A DNA stretch of 64,000 nucleotides from assembly GCA_041660025.1 (NCBI GenBank), contig JBAZXD010000002.1:4635-68634 (forward strand), given 5' to 3'. A model generated the notes under the pieces. That model was not told the origin of the DNA, made no database searches, and saw only the letters and a list, made by a program, of their open reading frames with translations. Source of the stretch: Minisyncoccota bacterium. Its GTDB lineage: Bacteria > Patescibacteriota > Minisyncoccia > Phycocordibacterales > Phycocordibacteraceae. Within the stretch, counting starts at the first letter, position 1, and the number at the start of each line of letters is the position of its first letter. Below are positions 39,647 through 49,300 of the stretch, in pieces. The translations under genes and the position numbers were made by a program.

Positions 39647-40047
39647 AAACAAAAATCGTCCAATTTATTCCGGCTCTTCTGACCCTATTGGTCATTGGGC
39701 TTCGCTATTTTAGCAATTGGTGTATTTTTACGAATAGTGCCTGTTATGGCACAATCGTCAGTGATATTTCTCTCGCAATTACTAAACCACTTTATCTCTT
39801 CTCGCTCTTCTTTCTACCAATATCTCTCATTCTCATCTTTGTTTCGCGTAACATATTCAATTCATGGTGTAAGTTCGCTGTCTGGGCACTACCGCTCATG
39901 TTCATACTTATTGCGACACAACCAGTAGTTAGTTCCTTTCTTTCAACCAATCGAGACGACGCCGCCCGCCTCGCGGGCAGTGTGTTCGCCGTCGCGAGCC
40001 TTATTCTCATCATTTGGAAATATTTCTCCACTCGCCGCGTACATTAG
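39643..40047 (+). CDS. Small 4-TM membrane protein
   Basis: Four hydrophobic segments, ATGA overlap with the lipase gene, AT-rich. Confidence 0.7.
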   Translation: MKTKIVQFIPALLTLLVIGLRYFSNWCIFTNSACYGTIVSDISLAITKPLYLFSLFFLPISLILIFVSRNIFNSWCKFAVWALPLMFILIATQPVVSSFLSTNRDDAARLAGSVFAVASLILIIWKYFSTRRVH

Positions 40048-40112
40048 GACATCCGATGCCCTGATTCGGCGCTCCGTGCTTAGAAGTACGAATTTTGCTA
40101 TAGTGTTTCGTA

Positions 40113-42647
40113 ATGCTCGGGCTCTCCCGTTTCTTCTCGAAGAACCAATCCGCGTCCTTTCTCAAGGCCGCGGCGCCTGTCGTGGCGGCCATAAACAAGG
40201 CCTCTGATGAGCTCAAGGGGCTCTCCGACGAGGCGGTGCGCGCCAAGCTTCAAGAGGTACGCGCCCGCGCGGTAACGTTCGGCGCGACGCCGGAGGCCGA
40301 CCTCCCGCAGGTGTTCGCGCTCGTGCGCGAGGCGTCGCGCCGGACGCTCCGCCAGCCCCACTTCGACGTACAGCTCATCGGTGGGCTCGCGCTCCTACGC
40401 GGCAAGATAGCCGAGATGCGCACCGGCGAGGGTAAGACGCTCGTCGCCACATTGCCCGCGACCTTTCATTCGCTCTCCGGGAAGGGCGTGCAGGTCGTCA
40501 CGGTGAACGACTATCTCGCCCGTCGCGACGCCGCGTGGATGGGACAGGTCTATCAGTACCTCGGCCTCTCGGTGGGCGTCGTCTCGTCGACCGGCTCCTA
40601 TCGCTACGACCCGTCGCATATCGAGAAGAAGGAGGCAAAGGAGCTCGACAGCGAGCGCGATGCCGTCGGCTCGTTCAAGGTCGTCTACGAGTACCTGCGC
40701 CCTGTGGAGAAGCGCGAGGCGTATGCGGCGGACATCACCTACGTGACCAATAACGAACTTGGCTTCGACTATCTGCGCGACAACACTGCGTACGATGCGT
40801 CGCAGATCGTCCAGCGCGGCCATCACTACGCGGTCATCGACGAAGTGGACTCCATCCTTATCGACGAGGCGCGCACGCCGCTCATCATCAGCGGGCCCGC
40901 CGGCGACTCGCAGATGCTCTATGAGCGCTTCGCCGGCATCGCGAGCGCCTTCAACGAGGGCGAAGACTATACTATTGATGAGAAGCAAAAGGCGATCCAG
41001 ATCACCGAGGCAGGAATGCATAAGGCTGAAGTGGCGCTCGGCCTCGAGAACCTCTACACCGAGGGCGGGATGAAGTATGCGCATCATCTCGAGACGGCGG
41101 TGCGCGCGAAAGCGCTGTTCCATATTGATAAGGAGTACGTCGTGCGCGACAACGAGATTATCATCGTGGACGAATTCACGGGGAGGATGCAGCCTGGCCG
41201 ACGCTGGTCGGAGGGGCTCCATCAGGCTATCGAGGCGAAGGAGGGAGTGAAAATCCAGGAGGAGACGCGCACGTATGCCAGCGTGACGTTCCAGAACTTG
41301 TTCCGTATGTACGAACGTCTCGCCGGAATGACGGGCACGGCGCTCTCTTCGGAGGAGGAATTTTATACCGTGTACGGGCTCGAGGTTGTCGTTGTGCCGA
41401 CTAATAAGCCGACCGCGCGCAAGGATTATGACGACCTCATCTTCCAGACGGCGGCGGGGAAGTATCGCGCGGTCGCGCGCGCAGTGAAGGAGCGCCACGA
41501 GAAGGGTCAACCGGTCCTCGTCGGTACGGTCTCTATCGAAGACAACGAGACGGTCAGCACCTATCTCGCCGATGCCGGCGTTCCGCACGAGGTCCTGAAT
41601 GCAAAGAATCACGAACGCGAAGGCGAGATAATCGCCGAGGCTGGTTCGGTAGGGCGTGTGACCGTCGCGACGAACCTCGCCGGCCGCGGCGTTGACATCA
41701 AGCTCGGCGGCGCGCTCGCCACCGCCGAGGAACGCGCATCGGTGCTCGAGAAGGGCGGCCTGATGGTCGTCGGCACCGAACGGCACGACGCGCGCCGCAT
41801 CGACAACCAGCTCCGCGGCCGTTCCGGCCGCCAGGGCGACCCCGGCGAGACGCGCTTCTATGTCTCGCTCGAGGATAAGCTGATGCGCGTGTTCGCCTCT
41901 GATACCCTGAAGAAGGTGATGGGCCGCTTCGGCATCCCCGAGGACGAGCCCATCGAGAGCGCGATGATAACCAAATCGCTCGAGACCGCACAGGGCCGCA
42001 TCGAGGGATTCAACTTCGACTCACGCAAACAGGTGCTCGCCTACGACGACGTGATGAACACTCAGCGCCTCGCTATCTACGCGCGCCGTCGCGCTGCGCT
42101 CCTCGGGACCGACGCGGAGATGGAGGCGCTCATCCGCGCACTCCTCGGGGACGACACGATAGCGCTCTCCGCATTTGAAGCAAAGAAGACCGAGCTCGGC
42201 GATTCGTTCGTGCCGAATCTGCGCCGGCTCCTCCTGCAGGTCATCGATATGTTCTGGCTCGAACATCTCGAGACGATGGATTATCTACGCCGCTCGGTAT
42301 CGCTCCGCGCATACGGACAGCGCGACCCGCTCATCGAGTACCGGCGCGAAGGGCTCCAGCGCTTCCGCCAGCTCGAAGAGAATATCAGGGCCGCGGTCGT
42401 CGGCGCCGTACCGCGCCTCCTGTCCTCCGACGAGGCGCGCGTGCGGGCAGAAGAGGAGAAGACGCACGCGGCGCTCGTCGCCGCGGGGCGAGAAGAAGGC
42501 GCCGCGCCGATGCCGATCAAAAAGGCGGTCGGATATGGCCGCAACGATATCGTTACTATCAAGAAAGGAGATGAGACGAAGCAGTTGAAATATAAAAAAG
42601 CCGAACCGTTCCTCGCCGATGGTTGGGAACTCGTAAACCCGAAATAA
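40113..42647 (+). CDS. secA: Preprotein translocase ATPase
   Basis: AEMRTGEGKT, VTVNDYLA, DEVDSILIDEARTPLIISG, GRSGRQGDPG, QRDPLIEY. Confidence 0.98.
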   Translation: MLGLSRFFSKNQSASFLKAAAPVVAAINKASDELKGLSDEAVRAKLQEVRARAVTFGATPEADLPQVFALVREASRRTLRQPHFDVQLIGGLALLRGKIAEMRTGEGKTLVATLPATFHSLSGKGVQVVTVNDYLARRDAAWMGQVYQYLGLSVGVVSSTGSYRYDPSHIEKKEAKELDSERDAVGSFKVVYEYLRPVEKREAYAADITYVTNNELGFDYLRDNTAYDASQIVQRGHHYAVIDEVDSILIDEARTPLIISGPAGDSQMLYERFAGIASAFNEGEDYTIDEKQKAIQITEAGMHKAEVALGLENLYTEGGMKYAHHLETAVRAKALFHIDKEYVVRDNEIIIVDEFTGRMQPGRRWSEGLHQAIEAKEGVKIQEETRTYASVTFQNLFRMYERLAGMTGTALSSEEEFYTVYGLEVVVVPTNKPTARKDYDDLIFQTAAGKYRAVARAVKERHEKGQPVLVGTVSIEDNETVSTYLADAGVPHEVLNAKNHEREGEIIAEAGSVGRVTVATNLAGRGVDIKLGGALATAEERASVLEKGGLMVVGTERHDARRIDNQLRGRSGRQGDPGETRFYVSLEDKLMRVFASDTLKKVMGRFGIPEDEPIESAMITKSLETAQGRIEGFNFDSRKQVLAYDDVMNTQRLAIYARRRAALLGTDAEMEALIRALLGDDTIALSAFEAKKTELGDSFVPNLRRLLLQVIDMFWLEHLETMDYLRRSVSLRAYGQRDPLIEYRREGLQRFRQLEENIRAAVVGAVPRLLSSDEARVRAEEEKTHAALVAAGREEGAAPMPIKKAVGYGRNDIVTIKKGDETKQLKYKKAEPFLADGWELVNPK

Positions 42648-42648
42648 T

Positions 42649-43623
42649 ATGGCATTTGTTGATGAAGCGAGAATATACGTAGAATCGGGCAAGGGCGGCG
42701 ACGGTGTCATCCGCTGGTTGCGCACCAAGGAGTCCGCCCGGGGCGGGCCCTCGGGCGGCGACGGCGGGCGCGGCGGCGACGTTATCTTGGTAGGCGTGCG
42801 CGATCTCGCCGCACTCGCGCACTACCGCTACGAGAAGAAATTTCACGGCGAGAACGGCGAAGCGGGCAAGGGCGAGTTGAAACACGGTAAGAACGGCGAA
42901 CCGGTCCTTATCAAGGTGCCCGTCGGTACGCTCGTGCGCGTCGTAGAGACCGGCGACGAGTATGAGATAACCAAAGAGGGCGAGCAGGTCGTCCTGTTCC
43001 GCGGCGGGAAAGGAGGGTTGGGTAATGCGCGCTTCAAGAGCTCCACGAACCAGAACCCTTTCCAACAGACGCTCGGCAAGGCGGGAAAGGGTGGGGATAT
43101 CGAGCTGACGCTTAAGATCATCGCGGATGCGGGGTTTGTCGGCCTGCCGAATGCGGGGAAGTCTTCGCTTTTGAACGCCCTCACTCGCTCGAAGTCGAAG
43201 GTCGGTGCGTACCCGTTCACGACGCTCTCTCCCAGCCTCGGAGAATTCTACGGCTACATACTCGCGGACATTCCCGGGCTCATCGAGGGAGCCTCGTCCG
43301 GACGAGGTCTCGGTATAAAATTTTTAAAGCATGTGGAGAGGACCGGTATCCTCCTGCATCTTGTCTCGGCAGACCAAGACGACCCTCTCGCGGCGTATGG
43401 GGAAGTGCATACCGAGCTGGAGGCGTTCGGGCACGAGCTCTCGAAGAAGCGCGAGATCATCGTCCTTTCGAAAACAGACCTCATTTCGGCGTCGGAGTGC
43501 GAAACAAGGGCGCAGCTTCTCGCTCGAGAGACGGGCAGGGAAGTGCTCACCGTCTCGGTCGAGGACCCCAAGGCGCTTAAGGCGTTCGCCGATACGCTCA
43601 CGAAAATACTCAGAAAGCAGTAA
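42649..43623 (+). CDS. obgE: GTPase Obg
   Basis: FVDEA..GKGGDG, GGDGGRGG, GLPNAGKSS, YPFTT, DIPGLIEGA. Confidence 0.97.
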   Translation: MAFVDEARIYVESGKGGDGVIRWLRTKESARGGPSGGDGGRGGDVILVGVRDLAALAHYRYEKKFHGENGEAGKGELKHGKNGEPVLIKVPVGTLVRVVETGDEYEITKEGEQVVLFRGGKGGLGNARFKSSTNQNPFQQTLGKAGKGGDIELTLKIIADAGFVGLPNAGKSSLLNALTRSKSKVGAYPFTTLSPSLGEFYGYILADIPGLIEGASSGRGLGIKFLKHVERTGILLHLVSADQDDPLAAYGEVHTELEAFGHELSKKREIIVLSKTDLISASECETRAQLLARETGREVLTVSVEDPKALKAFADTLTKILRKQ

Positions 43624-43634
43624 GAGGGCATTTG

Positions 43635-43669
43635 CCTACTACCTACTGTTTACTGCATACTGGATACTA
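43635..43669 (+). repeat. Degenerate heptamer tandem repeat (5 x NNTACTR)
   Basis: CCTACTA CCTACTG TTTACTG CATACTG GATACTA. Confidence 0.7.
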
Positions 43670-45081
43670 TGTATCGCCCCACTATCGGTCTCGAGGTCCA
43701 CGCCGAGCTCAAGACGCGGACCAAGATGTTCTGCGACTCTGCGAACGATCCCGACGAGACACGACCAAACGTGAACGTCTGTCCGGTCTGTCTCGCGCAC
43801 CCTGGCACCCTGCCGGTCATCAATCGCGAAGCGGTGCGGCATATGTTGCGTATCGGTACCGCGGTCGGCGGCACGATTGCCGATTTTAGTGAGTTCGATC
43901 GTAAGAGCTATTTCTATCCCGATATCCCGAAGGGGTATCAGATCAGTCAATACGAACATCCACTCATCACCGGCGGCACGCTCGCGGACATCGCGATCAC
44001 GCGCGTGCACCTTGAAGAGGATACTGCGCGTTCGACTCATTCGAGCGGGAAGAGTCTTGTCGACTTTAATCGTGCGGGCATCCCGCTTATGGAGCTCGTT
44101 ACCGAGCCGGTCATTCCCGACGCAGAGACTGCGGGGCGCTTCGCGCGTGAGCTCCAGCTCCTCCTGCGCACACTCGGTGCCGGGGAGGCGAATCTCGAGA
44201 AGGGCGAGATGCGCATCGAAGCGAACGTATCGGTGTCGAAAACAAATGTACCCTCGACAGACTATGTCGAGGTGAAGAATATAAACTCTTTTCGTTCTGT
44301 CGAACGGGCAATCGCATACGAAATTATGCGCCAGACAGCTCTGCTTGAAAAAGGGGAACGGGTGGTGAAGGCGACACGCGGCTGGGACGAAGCGAAGCAG
44401 GAGACCTTCCACCAGCGCTTTAAGGAGGGGAGCGCCGATTACCGCTACTTCCCGGAACCAGATCTGCCGAAGCTCTTCATCGGGGATATGCCCGAATTTT
44501 CTCCGGAGGCGATACGCGCGTCTTTACCGGAGCTTCCGTGGGAACGTCGCGAGCGCTATGCGAAGACGTATGCGCTCAAAGATACCGACGCCGCATACCT
44601 CTGCGCGACCACCGAACGCGCGGCGTTTTTTGATACGGTTGCTTCGACATTTGAGAACGATGCGAACCTCGTGAAGCTCGCCGCGAATTACATCGTGTCC
44701 GATCTCGCGGGTATCTATGCAAAAAACGGGAATGAAAATTTTGCATCACTCGACCCGGTAGTATTTGCAAAGCTCATCCGCCTCGTCGCTGCAAACGAGC
44801 TCTCCTCGCGCGGCGCCAAGGACACCCTGGCAATCCTGGTAGAGAAGGGTGGCGACCCGGAGACCATCGCGAAGGAATACGGTCTTATCCAGATACATGA
44901 TGCAACAGCGCTCGGCGTGGTCGCAGATGCGGTGCTCGCCCGGGAAGGGAAAGCGGTGGAGGAGTACAAGAGCGGTAAGCTCTCGACGCTCCAGTATCTC
45001 GTCGGTAAGGCGATGCAGGAAAGTAAGGGGGCAGGGAACCCGTCAGAGCTACAGAAGATCATCATCGAGAGGCTCGGATAG
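43669..45081 (+). CDS. gatB: Asp/Glu-tRNA amidotransferase subunit B
   Basis: IGLEVHAEL, FDRKSYFYPD, HLEED, DFNRAG.PL.E, EVKN.NS, DYRYFPEPDLP. Confidence 0.98.
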   Translation: MYRPTIGLEVHAELKTRTKMFCDSANDPDETRPNVNVCPVCLAHPGTLPVINREAVRHMLRIGTAVGGTIADFSEFDRKSYFYPDIPKGYQISQYEHPLITGGTLADIAITRVHLEEDTARSTHSSGKSLVDFNRAGIPLMELVTEPVIPDAETAGRFARELQLLLRTLGAGEANLEKGEMRIEANVSVSKTNVPSTDYVEVKNINSFRSVERAIAYEIMRQTALLEKGERVVKATRGWDEAKQETFHQRFKEGSADYRYFPEPDLPKLFIGDMPEFSPEAIRASLPELPWERRERYAKTYALKDTDAAYLCATTERAAFFDTVASTFENDANLVKLAANYIVSDLAGIYAKNGNENFASLDPVVFAKLIRLVAANELSSRGAKDTLAILVEKGGDPETIAKEYGLIQIHDATALGVVADAVLAREGKAVEEYKSGKLSTLQYLVGKAMQESKGAGNPSELQKIIIERLG

Positions 45082-45133
45082 CTTTTGTGCACAAACCCTT
45101 CCATCCCAGCCGAGATACGGCTATACTGGGGGT

Positions 45134-45910
45134 ATGGACGAGATTCTCATAGGCGAGAAGAAATACGTATCGTCGAAACAAGCCGCCAAGGTAACCGGCT
45201 ACGCGAAGGATTATATAGGCCAGCTTTGTCGCGAGGGGCGGGTGCCGGCGAGGCTCGTCGGACGCAGTTGGTATGTGCTTGAATCGGCCATTCACGACCA
45301 TCGCTTCGGCAACCCTGAACCAGCCAAAGAAGGAAAGTCGACGTCCTCGCTCCACTCGACGTGGGAAGCTCCGCGGTATGAAGCATCAAAAACAGAAGTG
45401 CTCCCCTCCGTGAGCCGTTCTCAGGACAAAGAACATCAAGCTCTTGTCGAAGAAAAAACTGGGAACCCCGACACCGCACAACATCTGCAAGACGCCTGGC
45501 AGTCATGGTTCAATCGTTTTGATCAGGTGGCGGACACTCCCGCTCACGAGCCAGTAGCAACCGAGGAACCGACACAAGAGCCGAAAGAGATTGAAGTTGA
45601 GCAGGAACCAGAACCAGAACAAGAACAGAGCGTGCAGATACCTATTCGCACGGTCTACCAGCCACACTACCAATCCTCCCCAGAAGAACCGTTGCCGCGC
45701 GAGGTGGATGTCCAGCCGATGAGCATCGTGCGAGAATCGCGAAGGGTGGGAACGGGAAGAGGACTGCTAAGAACAATGCAGTTAGCCGGAGCCATTGTTG
45801 CGGTACTTTCAGCATCTGCGGCGGTGCTCGGTAGCGGATATTTGGACTCATACGCAATCTCGAATAGCCAAGTCAGGGCAATTGCAGGAGTCGCACTCTA
45901 CAACAGATAG
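45134..45910 (+). CDS. Excisionase/MerR-like HTH protein with acidic linker and C-terminal TM
   Basis: YVSSKQAAKVTGYAKDYIGQLCREGRVPARLVGRSWYV, E/P-rich linker, hydrophobic LAGAIVAVLSASAAVLG. TATACT ends 6 nt before the ATG. Confidence 0.85.
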   Translation: MDEILIGEKKYVSSKQAAKVTGYAKDYIGQLCREGRVPARLVGRSWYVLESAIHDHRFGNPEPAKEGKSTSSLHSTWEAPRYEASKTEVLPSVSRSQDKEHQALVEEKTGNPDTAQHLQDAWQSWFNRFDQVADTPAHEPVATEEPTQEPKEIEVEQEPEPEQEQSVQIPIRTVYQPHYQSSPEEPLPREVDVQPMSIVRESRRVGTGRGLLRTMQLAGAIVAVLSASAAVLGSGYLDSYAISNSQVRAIAGVALYNR

Positions 45911-46010
45911 CTTATTTACAGGATTTCTCGTCTCGGCAAGAAGTGTTTGTTTATAATCCCGAATAAAATTAAAATATACTGACTATTTATTTAACTATTT
46001 AAGTTGTACA

Positions 46011-46042
46011 AAAATAGAGGCGCCCTTTGGCGCCTCTATTTT
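46011..46042. terminator. Bidirectional intrinsic terminator
   Basis: Perfect 14-bp stem AAAATAGAGGCGCC-CTTT-GGCGCCTCTATTTT. Confidence 0.8.
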
Positions 46043-46260
46043 ATTGAAATGATCCTAAGCCCTCTAATCGACGTGTAGGGCGCATTCCTTTGTGTTCAGC
46101 ACAAAAACTGATCTAAGCCACCACTCTTTCCTTAAGGGCAAATATACCGGTCCGGCGTCGACGGCCTTACGCGACGCTATAGAAGCGTCTTTTACCATAT
46201 CCTGTGGCAATTCATTTCGACGTACTTACTGGTAGTTCATAGCTTCCGTTCGTGCGGAAT

Positions 46261-46281
46261 TTATCCACATATGAATATAAT
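46261..46281 (+). promoter_or_regulatory. DnaA box plus -10 element upstream of giant gene 1
   Basis: TTATCCACA at 46261-46269 and TATAAT at 46276-46281. Confidence 0.5.
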
Positions 46282-46328
46282 GGTGCGTCAAAATACGAGG
46301 TACTATTTAGTTAATCCGGTTATCCGAC

Positions 46329-49300
46329 ATGAATGCTCCTCACTCAGAAAAGTTTATAGGAACAAAGGAAGCATCTGAACTGTCTGGGTACAATCCCGAT
46401 CATCTCTCTCGTCTCTCTCGGTCTGGAGAAATTGACGCGATACGTGTCGGACGTACGTGGTACATTGAACGCGAATCGCTGATAACCTTTTTAAAAAAGC
46501 AGGGTCGACGGGCGAAAGAATTTCCAGGACTGATCTCGGCGAAAGAAGCCTCGAAGAAATATGGCTACAGCGCCGACTACCTCGCCCGCCTCGCCCGCTC
46601 CGGCGAAGTCAGGGGTTCTCAGGTGGGCCGGACCTGGCTCGTAGACCAATCGTCACTCGATTCATTTCTCAAGCTCCAAGAGGAACGTAGAGAAGCGCGC
46701 GCGCGCGAGCTTGCGCGAGCGCGAGAGCGCGAGTACCGCGCTCGCCGCCAGACGCCGATGCATCGCGCGGTTCATCTTGTTCCGCAGGAGCAGGAACCTG
46801 TCGTGCCGGGCACAAACTCGTTCGTCTTTTTTTATAAGACGTCAGCACGGGCGCTCGCTACCGCATTCCTCGTCGTCGTGTTCGGGTCGCTCGTGGCACA
46901 GGCCGGACCGGTCGCCAAGCTCGCGGCGGGGACCACATCGGTCATACACGGCATCGCGGTCGGTTTCGATGCTGCCTTTGGCGATATCCCATCGCGTTTT
47001 GTAGCGCGCCTGGATAATTCTCGCGCAGATATGCACGCACGTTCTGTACAGGGGGCGGCGCGTCTCGCGCACCTCTCGGCGTCGCTTACAGCGCCGGAGC
47101 TTACTCACTTGGATCTTCGAGCCGCGCCGCTTGCACTTACCGTCGAGCCGCGTTCGCTACGGAGTGCGCCGCCCGCGCTCGTTGCTGATGGGAAAGCAAA
47201 TATGCGCCGATGGCGCTCTGATGCTTCCGATGCTCTCGCATTTATCTCATCGCCACCAGAGATTATGGATGCGTTGGCCGGAATTTCTGGCGCCATAATT
47301 CGTGCGGATGTATCGCTCGCATACACCCTCGCCACCGCCGCTCCCGCAAGCGCCCGCGCCACCGTCGCGCTCGTCGGCGGCGCGGGCGCAGTACTCGCAG
47401 ACGCCACAGCCGAGCTCCCGCGACTCGCCTCCGCACTCTTCCTGCGCACAACGTCAGCTCCGGCCCATCTCGCACCCGCCCTCGCCCAGGCGGTCTTCGA
47501 CGCTGAATACACTGCCGCAACACGCTTCGTCGCGTTCACCCGCACAATCTCCGACGCCTCTCTCGCCTCGATCACCAGCGCCGGCGAGCTCGCATATACC
47601 ATCACAAAAGGAACCCAGGACACTCTCCGCACCACAGGAACTCTCCTCGCTACCGCACCCGCAGCGGTCCACAACGCGTATCTCGGCGCACTCGGCACAG
47701 GCGCGCTCGCGCTCGCTGCGGTACAACCCACCCTCACCACCACCGAACAGATCGCCCTCTCCACGTACGAAACCATCCACGACTTCTTCACCTCGGCCGG
47801 CCGCGCGCTCGCCGACCTCCTCACCCCCGCCCCGATCATTGTCCTGGTGAACAACACACCGATCGCTCCGGTCCCCGTCGCCACCTCCACCCCATTGGAT
47901 AGCTCCGCATCCAACGGGGCAAGCCCCGCCGCTCCTCCTGCCTCCTCCCCTAATTCACAATTCGTAATTCCTAATTCAGTTTCGTATCCCACGTACACCA
48001 CCATCGTCCGTGGTGTCTCCGAAGACTTCGTCAACCAGTCCCTCACCTCGCTCCGCACCGAGCTCCTCGCGCGGGTCTCGAGCCTCATCCAGCCCGTCGC
48101 GAGTCAGGTGGCCACCAACGTCACCACCATCCAGCAGGTCAATATGATCCAGGACCTCTCCGACCTCATCGTCCGAAACGGCGACTTCCGGGGCGGTACC
48201 TTCGACAGCGGCGCGCTCACTAACGGCATCAGCGTTGCCGCCACGACCGGCGCCTTCGATACCCTCACTGCCGACGACTTCACCTCCGGCTCTCTCATCG
48301 CCACCGGCGCCCTCACCTCATACCAGAGCGCCACCGCACCACACTTCGTTGCCACCTCCACCACCGCCACCAGCACCTTCGCCGGCGGGCTCACAGTCGG
48401 CACCGACAAGCTCGTCGTCGACTCCACAACCGGGTACATCGGCATCGGCACCACAAGTCCGTACTCGCTCCTCTCCATTGCCGGACAGGTCGTGGGGCAG
48501 AACTTCATGGCGACCGACTCCTCAGCCACCTCCTCCTTCTCCGGGAACTTCTCGGTAGGAGGAAGCACCGGAGCGTACCTCACCGGAAACGGCTCCGGCA
48601 TCACCTTCTCCGGCACAGGCAACCACGACATCACCGCCTCCGCCGGCACGCTGCGCATCGGTTCAAACACCATCATCGGCAACATCCAGGCTCTCGACGA
48701 CACGGTGGACATCGGCACCCCGGCTGTCCGCTTCGACAATATCTATGCGAACGAAGTGAACGCCTCCACCATCGTCGGTACCCTCACCGGCGGCAACCTC
48801 ACCGCCGAGACTTTCAACATCAATTCCGACAACGCCACTGCCGACACCGAGAATGGTTATCTCTCATTCGAACGGGGCAGCATCATCCCAAACGCCCTCC
48901 TCACCTGGAACGCGGCCGAGAGTGCCAAGCGCTTTGAGTTCAACCAGCCCCTCTACATCGAGAGCGCCGACGCCTCCACCACCCTCACCACCCTTGATGT
49001 GAAGGGAGTGACGAGCCAGACCGCCGACCTTATTCGTGTGACTTCCTCAACCGGCGCGAGCCTCTTCAATGTCGGAGCAAATGGGAATGTGGGGGTGGGG
49101 ACGAATAACCCATCCGGCACATTGGATATTTCTTCGTCTGCAAGCACTGTTGTTAATGCGTACCTCGGTACCGTGTCGGCCGGGTATGGCAATGGCGGCG
49201 CTTTGAATTTTAAAGGAGCTGGGACAACAATCGGGACTATTAAAGAAACCTATACAAATAACCCGAGCGGAGACAGAGGACTAATGGAATTCATTGTTCA

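Noticed and set aside
40395-41786. 463-aa minus-strand ORF, and similar long antisense ORFs at 3218-4105, 31791-32873, 43639-44412, 47105-48088 and 55662-56918
   Set aside because: These are antisense shadows of GC-rich genes with strong codon bias and have no recognisable motifs.
44849-45133. N-terminal extensions in the track (also those starting at 2408, 5475, 9849, 11577, 17208, 25236 and 35020)
   Set aside because: Most overlap neighbouring genes or promoter motifs. Family homology and -10 boxes point to the downstream starts.
45911-46328. Replication origin (AT-rich tract plus DnaA box)
   Set aside because: Only one perfect box is present here, with no cluster and no dnaA/dnaN nearby. 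GC skew cannot be assessed from this window.
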